A DNA stretch of 32,000 bases from Breznakia blatticola (lineage in GTDB: Bacteria > Bacillota_I > Bacilli_A > Erysipelotrichales > Erysipelotrichaceae). Each line of letters opens with the position of its first letter. The first letter of the stretch is position 1. The DNA is taken from NCBI RefSeq assembly GCF_004365815.1, contig NZ_SODD01000002.1:98348-130347 (forward strand). Reading direction: 5' to 3'. The position numbers and the translations under genes are program-made. Below are positions 8,921-17,244 of the stretch, one piece after another. The notes below the pieces were generated by a model. That model had not been told where the DNA came from. It ran no database searches and saw only the letters and a program-made list of their open reading frames with translations.

Positions 8921-11128
8921 ATGAATAAAATAATTAAAAATGGAACCATATTCTTAATGGGTGTTTTCATTGTGCTTACATGTTTAGCGAACTATAAACA
9001 TCCTACAATGATGAAAGATGAAGATGCAAATGAAGAAATAAGTGTTCAAAAAGTAGATAATTTGAGTAGTGATTTTATACTGGGTGCAGATGCATCAAGT
9101 GTAATATCTGTTGAAGATAGTGGAGGGAAGTACTATAACTTTGATGGAGTAGAACAAGATGTGTTTGAGATTATGGCAGATGCAGGGGTCAACTACATTC
9201 GTGTAAAAGTATGGAATGACCCATATGATGAAAATGGCAATGGGTATGGTGGAGGAAACTCCGACTTAGCGAAAGCGATTGAAATCGGAGAACGTGCAAC
9301 TGCAAATGGAATGAAACTCTTAGTTGATTTTCACTATTCAGATTTTTGGGCAGATCCAGGTCGTCAAAATGCACCAAAAGCATGGGAAGGATTATCAGCA
9401 GATCAAAAAGCTGTTGAAATATACAATTATACAAAAGAAAGTTTAGAAGCTTTTCAAACAGCTGGTGTTGATGTTGGTATGGTTCAAGTAGGAAATGAGA
9501 CAACAGGTCAGGGAATCTGTGGAGAAACAAAACTAGAAAATAAAGTTAAGTTGTTTCATGCAGGAAGTAAAGCGATTCGTGATGTAAATTCAGATATTAA
9601 AGTGGTAGTACATTTTACAAATCCTGAAAAAGGAAATCCATATAATTATACAAAAGAATTATATGATGCAGGAGTAGACTTTGATGTTGTTGCTACTTCA
9701 TACTATCCAGTGTGGCATGGAACTTTAGGACAATTATCAACGCAATTAAATCGAATTGCTGATGATTTTGATAAAGAGGTGATGGTAGCCGAAACAGCGT
9801 ATCCTTATACATTGGCAGATGGTGATGATCAAGCAAACTTAATTAAAAACACAAACCAACTTAAAGGATATGAAGCTTCAGTTGATGGCCAAGCGGATAT
9901 GTTTAGAGATGTTGTTAATACCGTAAATAATGATGTAAAGAACAATAAAGGGATTGGTGTCTTTTATTGGGAGAATACTTGGATTCCAGTAAACGAAGGA
10001 AAAGGAAAACGCGCTGATAACTTAGCGTTATGGGAAACGTATGGATCAGGATGGGCAACAAAAGCTGCAACATCATATGATAAAAGTCCTACAGGTAGTG
10101 GGATTGCAACTACTTCAAACTATGGTGGTACTGAAGTTGATAATCAAGCGATGTTTGATTTTGCTGGACATGCTTTACCTTCATTGAATGTATATAAGTA
10201 TGTTTTTACAGGTTACAACGAAGAACCTGAAGTAGATGTAATAAACCTTCTCCAAAATCCAGGATTTGAAGATGAAGATATGACAATGTATGATATATCG
10301 CAAAGTTATGTATCTCGTAAAACGGATGATCCACTTACTGGTGATTATAGTGTGCACTTTTATAATGAGGAACCAATTGAATTTGAGATAAGTCAAGAAG
10401 TGAGTCTACCAGCAGGTAAACATAAATTCACACTACATATTCAAGGTGGGGCAAATACAGATACTTCAGATATTTATTCATTTATTGAAATCGATGGAGA
10501 GAAAAATCACAAACAACGTATCGAACTTGATGGTTGGTGCAATTGGCAAGAACCAACGATTACTTTTGATTTGGAATCCGAAGCGACAGTAAAAGTTGGT
10601 CTGTATGTAAAAGCAGAAGCGTTCAGTTGGGGAACTAGTGATGATTGGCAACTTGTTACAAAAGAGAAATTGAGCATAGTTAATAAAGATAACTTACAAG
10701 AGCTAATCGACAAAGCAATTCCACTGGAACAAGCAGATCTTTATACATCATCAACTTGGGTAAACTATGTAACTGCTTTAGATCATGCAAAATTTGTGTT
10801 AAATGATGTGCAAGCAACACAAGAACAAGTTGATGAAGCAATTCAATTATTAACACAAAAGCAAGCAGATCTTAAGAAGCTTCAAATAGATAGCAGTGAC
10901 GAAAATAAACAGAATAATCAAAGTGATAAAGAAAATAATGATTTAAGTAACAAAAATCAAAATATTAATAATCAAAATGATAATACAAAAAACAACGAAG
11001 CATCAAAGAATCCAAGTATTGCAACTTTTGATGCAAGTAATAAAGCCGCATGGTTACTTCTTGTGCTGGCTTCACTTAGTATAGTAGGCATCACAGTAAG
11101 AAAAAGACTAAACTATCGTAATATATAA
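8921..11128 (+). CDS. ganB: Arabinogalactan endo-beta-1,4-galactanase (GH53) with a carbohydrate-binding-like domain, a FIVAR-like repeat, an N/Q/D-rich linker and a C-terminal membrane anchor
   Basis: The catalytic region is colinear with Bacillus GanB/GalA as I recall it: VNYIRVKVWNDPYDENGNGYGGGN, ANGMKLLVDFHYSDFWADP, VQVGNET, MVAETAYPYT, VFYWE. An N-terminal hydrophobic signal or anchor is present. The C-terminus is WLLLVLASLSIVGITV followed by RKRLNYRNI. Confidence 0.85.
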   Translation: MNKIIKNGTIFLMGVFIVLTCLANYKHPTMMKDEDANEEISVQKVDNLSSDFILGADASSVISVEDSGGKYYNFDGVEQDVFEIMADAGVNYIRVKVWNDPYDENGNGYGGGNSDLAKAIEIGERATANGMKLLVDFHYSDFWADPGRQNAPKAWEGLSADQKAVEIYNYTKESLEAFQTAGVDVGMVQVGNETTGQGICGETKLENKVKLFHAGSKAIRDVNSDIKVVVHFTNPEKGNPYNYTKELYDAGVDFDVVATSYYPVWHGTLGQLSTQLNRIADDFDKEVMVAETAYPYTLADGDDQANLIKNTNQLKGYEASVDGQADMFRDVVNTVNNDVKNNKGIGVFYWENTWIPVNEGKGKRADNLALWETYGSGWATKAATSYDKSPTGSGIATTSNYGGTEVDNQAMFDFAGHALPSLNVYKYVFTGYNEEPEVDVINLLQNPGFEDEDMTMYDISQSYVSRKTDDPLTGDYSVHFYNEEPIEFEISQEVSLPAGKHKFTLHIQGGANTDTSDIYSFIEIDGEKNHKQRIELDGWCNWQEPTITFDLESEATVKVGLYVKAEAFSWGTSDDWQLVTKEKLSIVNKDNLQELIDKAIPLEQADLYTSSTWVNYVTALDHAKFVLNDVQATQEQVDEAIQLLTQKQADLKKLQIDSSDENKQNNQSDKENNDLSNKNQNINNQNDNTKNNEASKNPSIATFDASNKAAWLLLVLASLSIVGITVRKRLNYRNI

Positions 11129-11156
11129 AGTTTCGAATCTCTGACTTATGATAATC

Positions 11157-11189
11157 AATAAAAAGGTTGGTTTTATGACTAACCTTTTT
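11157..11189 (+). terminator. Rho-independent terminator after the galactanase gene
   Basis: AAAAGGTTGGT (11161-11171) pairs with ACTAACCTTTT (11178-11188) with one G-U pair and a 6-nt loop. A T-run follows. Confidence 0.65.
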
Positions 11190-11201
11190 ATTAAAATGAA
11201 A

Positions 11202-11217
11202 TAGTAAACGTTATCTA
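11202..11217. promoter_or_regulatory. LacI-family operator, distal
   Basis: TAGTAAACGTTATCTA shares its first 11 nt with the proximal operator and is 14/16 palindromic. Confidence 0.5.
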
Positions 11218-11266
11218 TGCATATTTGTCTTATTTAACAAGTCATTTGTATAAATTAACAAACATA

Positions 11267-11295
11267 TTGACACGATTATAGTAAACGTTTACTAT
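11267..11295 (+). promoter_or_regulatory. Sigma-A-type promoter for the galR-galKETM operon
   Basis: TTGACA (11267-11272), a 17-nt spacer, then TACTAT (11290-11295). Confidence 0.55.
11279..11294. promoter_or_regulatory. LacI-family operator, proximal; perfect palindrome overlapping the -10
   Basis: TAGTAAAC|GTTTACTA is a perfect 16-bp palindrome with the central CG typical of LacI/GalR/CcpA sites. Confidence 0.65.
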
Positions 11296-11316
11296 AAATA
11301 TGTAAGGGGGCAGTCT

Positions 11317-12327
11317 ATGAAAGTAACAATACATGATGTCGCAAAGAAAGCTGGTGTATCTGTAGCTACTGTATCAAGAGTAGTAAATGGAAATTATCCA
11401 GTAAATATAAAAACAAAGGAAAAAGTACAAGCAGTAATTGATGAATTACAGTTTGTGCCAAATGTACAAGCGCAGGAAATTAAGCTTGGTGCATCAAAAA
11501 CAATCGGAGTGATCGTACCTAGTATTGATAACATGTTCTTCTCTGAGGTTGTAAATGGAGTCGAACGCGCTTTAAATGAGAAAAACTATTCGTTATTATT
11601 AACGTTTTCAAAAAACCAAAAGGATATGGAACTTGCTTGTGTACGTAACTTAATTGCAAGAAATGTTGCTGGGATTATTATTGCTGACCCGGTTACGGAA
11701 AATATGGATCAAGAAAATTTCAAAAGTATTGTTGGAAATGTTCCACTAATCTTTATTAACGGAGATCCAAGTCACAGTGATTTCTCTTTTGTTTTAAGTG
11801 ATGAAGTAAAAGGAACTAGAGAAGCACTTGATTTTCTTTGGGAAATAGGACATAAAGATATTCTTTTTGTTAGAGGAAATGATAGTTATTCATACGATAT
11901 CAAACAAGAAATTTTCATCGAGTTTTGTGCACAACATTCACTAGATGCAACAAACCGGATTGTGACTAGTGGAGATGGAAATAGTGCGCAAGTAATTGAA
12001 AATACAGCTAGACTACTCTATGACGTATTATCCAAGCAAAGATATGATGCAATCTTTTGTTGTAATGACTTGATGGCAATGGGATGTATGAGTGCATGTA
12101 AGAAGTTACAAATTCAAATACCTCAAGATCTTGCACTTATTGGGTTTGATAATACCTTACTAAGTAAATATTGTAGTCCAATGCTTACTACCGTGGATCA
12201 ACATATGCATCTACTTGGCTATAATGCAGGTGGATTGGTTTTAGAAAATATTGAAACAGGACAACGTGGAAAACGCATTGTCTTAAATACAAGTCTGATT
12301 GTTCGTGAATCAGCAGCCAAATCGTAA
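11317..12327 (+). CDS. galR: LacI-family transcriptional regulator (galactose operon repressor)
   Basis: HTH MKVTIHDVAKKAGVSVATVSRVVNG plus a periplasmic-binding-protein-like effector domain. It is the first gene of the Leloir operon. Confidence 0.8.
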   Translation: MKVTIHDVAKKAGVSVATVSRVVNGNYPVNIKTKEKVQAVIDELQFVPNVQAQEIKLGASKTIGVIVPSIDNMFFSEVVNGVERALNEKNYSLLLTFSKNQKDMELACVRNLIARNVAGIIIADPVTENMDQENFKSIVGNVPLIFINGDPSHSDFSFVLSDEVKGTREALDFLWEIGHKDILFVRGNDSYSYDIKQEIFIEFCAQHSLDATNRIVTSGDGNSAQVIENTARLLYDVLSKQRYDAIFCCNDLMAMGCMSACKKLQIQIPQDLALIGFDNTLLSKYCSPMLTTVDQHMHLLGYNAGGLVLENIETGQRGKRIVLNTSLIVRESAAKS

Positions 12328-12340
12328 AGGAGAAAATAAA

Positions 12341-13624
12341 ATGGCAAACATTCAAACACTCATTGAAGAAATGAAAACCGGAAAACATGATGCAGATTTA
12401 TTGGAATTATATGTGGATGAAAGTGTAATTGAACGTCAAAAAGCACGTTATGTACTTGCACTTGAAACATTCAAAGATCATTTTGGTGATAAAGAGGTTC
12501 GTGTATACTCTGCACCTGGGCGTAGTGAAGTTGGTGGAAATCATACAGATCACCAACGTGGACGTGTACTTGCTGCTGGAGTAAATTTAGATACGATTGC
12601 TGTAGTTGCAAAACGTGATGACGATGTCATTGTGGTAGATTCAGAAGGGTTTAACATCAAACCAGTAAATGCTGCAATCTTAGACATCAATGAAAAAGAA
12701 GCAGGAACATCTGAAGCAATTATTCGTGGTGTTGCAGCAGGTATCAAAAACAAAGGTGGAATTATTGGTGGATTTGAAGCGTATATGACAAGTGATGTCC
12801 TTGAAGGAGCTGGGTTATCAAGTAGTGCTGCATTTGAAACATTACTTGGAACGATTCTTTCACATGAATATAACGAAGGAAGTATTTCTGCAGTCGATAT
12901 TGCGAAAATTGGTCAATATGCTGAAAATGAATACTTTATGAAACCTTGTGGTTTGATGGATCAAATGGCTAGTTCTGTAGGAAGTTTTATTACAATTGAC
13001 TTCAAGGATCCAAAAAACCCAATTGTCGAAAAAGTAGACTTTGATTTTGACTCTTCAAATCACAGCTTATGTATTGTTGATACGAAAGGAAGTCATGCAG
13101 ATTTAACAGATGAATATGCATCTGTACCTGCAGATATGAAAAAAGTAGCAAACTATTTTGGAAAAGATGTATTACGTGAAGTAGATCCAAATGAATTCTA
13201 TGCAAATGTAGGAGATATCCGTAATGCGATTGGTGATCGACCAGTACTTCGTGCATATCATTTCTTTGGCGATAATGATCGAGTGGTTGATGAAGTAGCT
13301 GCATTAAAGGCAAACGATTTTGAAACATTTAAAAACTTAGTAAAGGCAAGTGGAGGTAGTTCGTTTAAATACTTACAAAACGTATACTCAAATAAAAACA
13401 TCAATGAGCAAAATATCTCAACTGGTCTTGCGATGAGTGAATACTTACTTCAAGGAAAAGGTGTATGTCGTGTACATGGTGGAGGATTTGCTGGAACGAT
13501 TCAAGCATTTGTACCAAATGAAATGCTTACAGCATACAAACAAGGAATTGAAGCAGTATTTGGTGAAGGTAGTTGTTATGTATTAAAAGTCCGTCCATTT
13601 GGTGGATATAAAGTATTTGCGTAA
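12341..13624 (+). CDS. galK: Galactokinase
   Basis: GHMP-kinase motif GAGLSSSAA and galactokinase signature APGRSEVGGNHTD. AAAGGAGAA RBS before the ATG at 12341; the ORF-track start at 12299 overlaps galR and lacks an RBS. Confidence 0.9.
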   Translation: MANIQTLIEEMKTGKHDADLLELYVDESVIERQKARYVLALETFKDHFGDKEVRVYSAPGRSEVGGNHTDHQRGRVLAAGVNLDTIAVVAKRDDDVIVVDSEGFNIKPVNAAILDINEKEAGTSEAIIRGVAAGIKNKGGIIGGFEAYMTSDVLEGAGLSSSAAFETLLGTILSHEYNEGSISAVDIAKIGQYAENEYFMKPCGLMDQMASSVGSFITIDFKDPKNPIVEKVDFDFDSSNHSLCIVDTKGSHADLTDEYASVPADMKKVANYFGKDVLREVDPNEFYANVGDIRNAIGDRPVLRAYHFFGDNDRVVDEVAALKANDFETFKNLVKASGGSSFKYLQNVYSNKNINEQNISTGLAMSEYLLQGKGVCRVHGGGFAGTIQAFVPNEMLTAYKQGIEAVFGEGSCYVLKVRPFGGYKVFA

Positions 13625-13638
13625 AGAAAGAAGGAATA

Positions 13639-14616
13639 ATGATGAAAGTACTAGTATTAGGTGGGGCTGGTTACATCGGTTCACATACGGTTTACACATT
13701 AATTGATCGCGGGTATGAAGTTGTTATCGTGGATAACTTGCAAACGGGTTTTGAAAGTTTAATTCATCCAAAAGCAACCTTTTACAAAGGTGATCTAAGA
13801 GATAAAGAATTTTTACTTGATGTATTTAAAAAAGAAAACGTCGATGGAGTCATTCACTTTGCGGCAAATTCACTAGTTGGTGAAAGTATGCAAAAACCAT
13901 TAGCTTACTATGATAATAATGTCTATGGTACGCAAATATTACTTGAAGTGATGCATGAAACAGGTGTGAAGGATATTGTGTTCTCATCAACTGCAGCAAC
14001 ATATGGTGATGCTAAAAAAATGCCAATTGAAGAAACAGATATCACCAATCCAACAAATACATATGGGGAAACAAAACTAACAATGGAAAAAATGATGAAG
14101 TGGTGTGACGTTGCATATGGAACAAAGTATGTTGCACTTCGTTACTTCAATGCATGTGGTGCACATCCAAATGGGAAAATTGGAGAACTACATCAACCAG
14201 AAACGCATTTAATTCCACTTGTGCTACAAGTTCCATTAGGAAAACGTGAATTCATTTCTGTATTTGGTGATGATTATGATACACCTGACGGAACTTGTAT
14301 TCGTGATTACATTCATGTTCTAGATTTAGCTGATGCACATATACGTGCACTAGAATATTTAAAAGCAGGAAACGAAAGCAATGTATTTAACTTAGGAAAT
14401 GGTGTTGGTTTCTCTGTACTTGAAATCATTGATGCAGCGAGTGAAGTTGTTGGTAATTCAATCAATCGTAAAATCGAAGCACGTCGTGCAGGAGATCCTG
14501 CTCGTTTAATTGCTTCGAATAAAAAAGCAAAAGAAGTGCTTGGATGGAATCCAGCATGGACAGACGTAAAAGCAATTATTGAAAGTGCTTGGAACTTTCA
14601 CAAAGGACAAAACTAA
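13639..14616 (+). CDS. galE: UDP-glucose 4-epimerase
   Basis: Rossmann motif VLGGAGYIGSH, the YGETK catalytic motif, and 325 aa in length. Confidence 0.9.
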   Translation: MMKVLVLGGAGYIGSHTVYTLIDRGYEVVIVDNLQTGFESLIHPKATFYKGDLRDKEFLLDVFKKENVDGVIHFAANSLVGESMQKPLAYYDNNVYGTQILLEVMHETGVKDIVFSSTAATYGDAKKMPIEETDITNPTNTYGETKLTMEKMMKWCDVAYGTKYVALRYFNACGAHPNGKIGELHQPETHLIPLVLQVPLGKREFISVFGDDYDTPDGTCIRDYIHVLDLADAHIRALEYLKAGNESNVFNLGNGVGFSVLEIIDAASEVVGNSINRKIEARRAGDPARLIASNKKAKEVLGWNPAWTDVKAIIESAWNFHKGQN

Positions 14617-16100
14617 TGGATTACTTAGTAAGTGAATTATTAAATTATGGTATACATACAAACCTTATTGGGGATGAGGAAGTTGTATATAGCGCAAATT
14701 TAATATTGGATGTATTAGGGCTTGATACATTTGCACTACAAGAAGTTCATGAAAATCGAGAATTGGTGGAGATTCTTGATGATATACAAGCACAACAACT
14801 AGAAGCAGGTAAATTAGAAGACTTGCAAGCAACAAAAGAGATCTTTCGGGCAAAACTAATGAATACAATGGTTCCTAGACCACATACGGTTATTGAAAAA
14901 TTTTATGTGGACTATGAGCAACATCCTAAACATGCAAGTGACCAATATTATAATTTTTCGATTCATACAAACTATATTCAAAAAGATCGAATGGGTTTAA
15001 ATCGTAAGTGGAAAACTGCAACACCATATGGGAAAATTGACATTACAATCAATCTAGCAAAACCAGAAAAGGATCCAAAAGATATTGCAGCCGCAAAGAA
15101 TGTAAAATCTACAGGGTATCCAAAATGTTTGTTATGTAAGGAAAATGAAGGATATGCTGGAACACTTAGTCATCCAGCACGAAGCAATCATCGTATAATT
15201 CCTTTACGATTAAATGAGCAAACATATTTTATGCAATATTCACCATATGTGTATTACAACGAGCACTGCATTATCTTCAATAAGGAACATAAGCCGATGG
15301 CAATTGATCAAAATGCGTTTCAAGCGTTATGTGACTTTGTGGATTTCTTACCTCATTACTTTATTGGTAGTAATGCAGATTTACCAATTGTGGGAGGAAG
15401 TATTTTAAGTCATGATCATTTCCAAGGTGGAAACTATACCTTTGCAATGGCAAAAGCAAACACACTTGATGAATATGGAAGCACAAGATATGCAGACTTA
15501 CATTATGGTCGTCTAAATTGGCCAATGTCTGTAATCCGCGCAACCTCTAAAAATAAAGAAGATATGGTTTCATTTGCTTGTGATGTACTTGAACATTGGA
15601 AGAAGTATTCAGATGAAAAGGTACATGTTCTAGCAAATACAAATGGAGAAAGACACAATACGATTACGCCAATTGTTCGTAAAGTAAATGATATATATGA
15701 AATGGATTTGGTATTACGTAATAATCGAACAAGTGATACGTATCCAGATGGAATATTCCATCCACACAGGCAATATCATAATATTAAAAAAGAAAATATT
15801 GGTTTAATTGAAGTAATGGGACTTGCAGTGTTACCTGCACGTCTTGTACATGAATTAGATGTGATTAAAGAAAGTTTTCTTCAAGGAAAAGCACAATTGC
15901 CTACAGAAATTCGTGTTCATCAAAACTGGTATGAAAACTTGTTAGAAAAACATGCAAATATCGATGCTAACAAAGTAGATACGATGTTACAAGATGAAGT
16001 AGGACAGGTATTTTTACATGTATTAGAAAATGCTGGTGTGTTTAAACAAGATGTAGAAGGACAACAAGCATTTACACGATTCTTAAAAACAATTGATTAG
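14616..16100 (+). CDS. galT: Galactose-1-phosphate uridylyltransferase, long Firmicutes type (class 2)
   Basis: About 494 aa with the active-site region GGSILSHDHFQGG. The ATG at 14616 overlaps the galE stop (TAATG), and an AAAGGA RBS is present. The ORF-track start at 14589 is an upstream TTG extension. Confidence 0.9.
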   Translation: MDYLVSELLNYGIHTNLIGDEEVVYSANLILDVLGLDTFALQEVHENRELVEILDDIQAQQLEAGKLEDLQATKEIFRAKLMNTMVPRPHTVIEKFYVDYEQHPKHASDQYYNFSIHTNYIQKDRMGLNRKWKTATPYGKIDITINLAKPEKDPKDIAAAKNVKSTGYPKCLLCKENEGYAGTLSHPARSNHRIIPLRLNEQTYFMQYSPYVYYNEHCIIFNKEHKPMAIDQNAFQALCDFVDFLPHYFIGSNADLPIVGGSILSHDHFQGGNYTFAMAKANTLDEYGSTRYADLHYGRLNWPMSVIRATSKNKEDMVSFACDVLEHWKKYSDEKVHVLANTNGERHNTITPIVRKVNDIYEMDLVLRNNRTSDTYPDGIFHPHRQYHNIKKENIGLIEVMGLAVLPARLVHELDVIKESFLQGKAQLPTEIRVHQNWYENLLEKHANIDANKVDTMLQDEVGQVFLHVLENAGVFKQDVEGQQAFTRFLKTID

Positions 16101-16123
16101 TCATCAAAGGAAAGAAGGACAAA

Positions 16124-17134
16124 ATGAATATACATAATGAAGTCATTGATAAGAAAAGTAATATTTTATTATACACACTTGAAAACGAATACCTAACCAT
16201 CAAAATTACAAACCTAGGTGCTAGTGTTGTTTCTGTGATGTATAAAGATGGCACAGATGTCATACTTGGCTACGATGATATTCTTTTATATGATGAGAAT
16301 CCAAATTATTTTGGAGCAACAATTGGACGGTGTGCAAATCGAATTGCAAATGCAACCTTTTCATTAGATGGTAAAGATTACGAATTATATCCAAATGATG
16401 GAATTCATTCTTTGCATGGTGGAAAAGAAGGATTTAATAAGAAGATCTTTCATGCGACAACCATTGCAAACGGTGTGAGCATGCAATATCTAAGTGCGGA
16501 TGGTGAAGAAGGCTATCCTGGTGATTTAGATGTGCAAGTTGTATTTCAATTAGATAAAGAAACATTAAGCATCTCTTATCATGCAACACCTTCAAAAGAT
16601 ACATTGATTAATTTAACCAATCATATGTACTTTGCTTTACAAGGTGAAGGAAATGGCAGTATTGAATATCAAACGATGCAAGTACAAGCTAGCACGTTCA
16701 TGGAAAACCAAACAGATCATTTAGCTACAGGTAAAATTGCATCAGTACAAGGTCGACCACATGATTTTCGTACAACAAGTTCGATTGTAGATGCATTGCA
16801 ACATGATGAAGATGAACAAATCAAAACATGTGATGGATTTGATAATTTCTTTATTTTTGATGAAGATCAACCAAAGGAAGTTATTGTAAAAGATGCAAAA
16901 AGTGGAAATAAACTGATTGTAAAAACAGATTTACCTGGATTTCACTTATATGTTCCTAACTATGAACCAGCAATTCAAGGCAAACAAAATCATGCATATC
17001 ATGGAAATTGTGCCTTATGTATCGAAACAAGTTATGCACCTGATGCAATTCATAACCAAGAACATCCAGATGTTATATGTAAAGCAAATGAACCTTTTGT
17101 TTCTACAACATCTTACACATTTACAAAATCTTAA
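16124..17134 (+). CDS. galM: Aldose 1-epimerase (galactose mutarotase)
   Basis: GATIGRCANRIANATFSLDGKDYEL ... HSLHGG matches the mutarotase signature. It is the last gene of the Leloir operon. Confidence 0.85.
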   Translation: MNIHNEVIDKKSNILLYTLENEYLTIKITNLGASVVSVMYKDGTDVILGYDDILLYDENPNYFGATIGRCANRIANATFSLDGKDYELYPNDGIHSLHGGKEGFNKKIFHATTIANGVSMQYLSADGEEGYPGDLDVQVVFQLDKETLSISYHATPSKDTLINLTNHMYFALQGEGNGSIEYQTMQVQASTFMENQTDHLATGKIASVQGRPHDFRTTSSIVDALQHDEDEQIKTCDGFDNFFIFDEDQPKEVIVKDAKSGNKLIVKTDLPGFHLYVPNYEPAIQGKQNHAYHGNCALCIETSYAPDAIHNQEHPDVICKANEPFVSTTSYTFTKS

Positions 17135-17137
17135 ATT

Positions 17138-17162
17138 AAACTGTCGTGAGAGCGGCAGTTTT
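17138..17162 (+). terminator. Rho-independent terminator after galM
   Basis: AAACTGTCG / CGGCAGTTT stem with one G-U pair and a 6-nt loop, followed by TTTT. Confidence 0.55.
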
Positions 17163-17183
17163 ACAACTATAAAATGAGTTGCA

Positions 17184-17212
17184 TTGCATTGTTTATGTTC
17201 AATACGTATAAT
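17184..17212 (+). promoter_or_regulatory. Sigma-A-type promoter for the response regulator / kinase / binding-protein operon
   Basis: TTGCAT (17184-17189), a 17-nt spacer, then TATAAT (17207-17212). Confidence 0.55.
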
Positions 17213-17244
17213 GAAAATGAAATATACAGAGGGGAGTATTATTT

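Noticed and set aside
10890-11010. A-rich low-complexity DNA considered as a satellite or tandem repeat
   Set aside because: It is in frame within the galactanase ORF and encodes an N/Q/D/K-rich linker. No precise DNA repeat unit is present.
12299-12340. Upstream extension of galK (ORF-track start at 12299)
   Set aside because: The extension overlaps the last 29 nt of galR and has no RBS. AAAGGAGAA precedes the ATG at 12341, which gives a normal galactokinase N-terminus.
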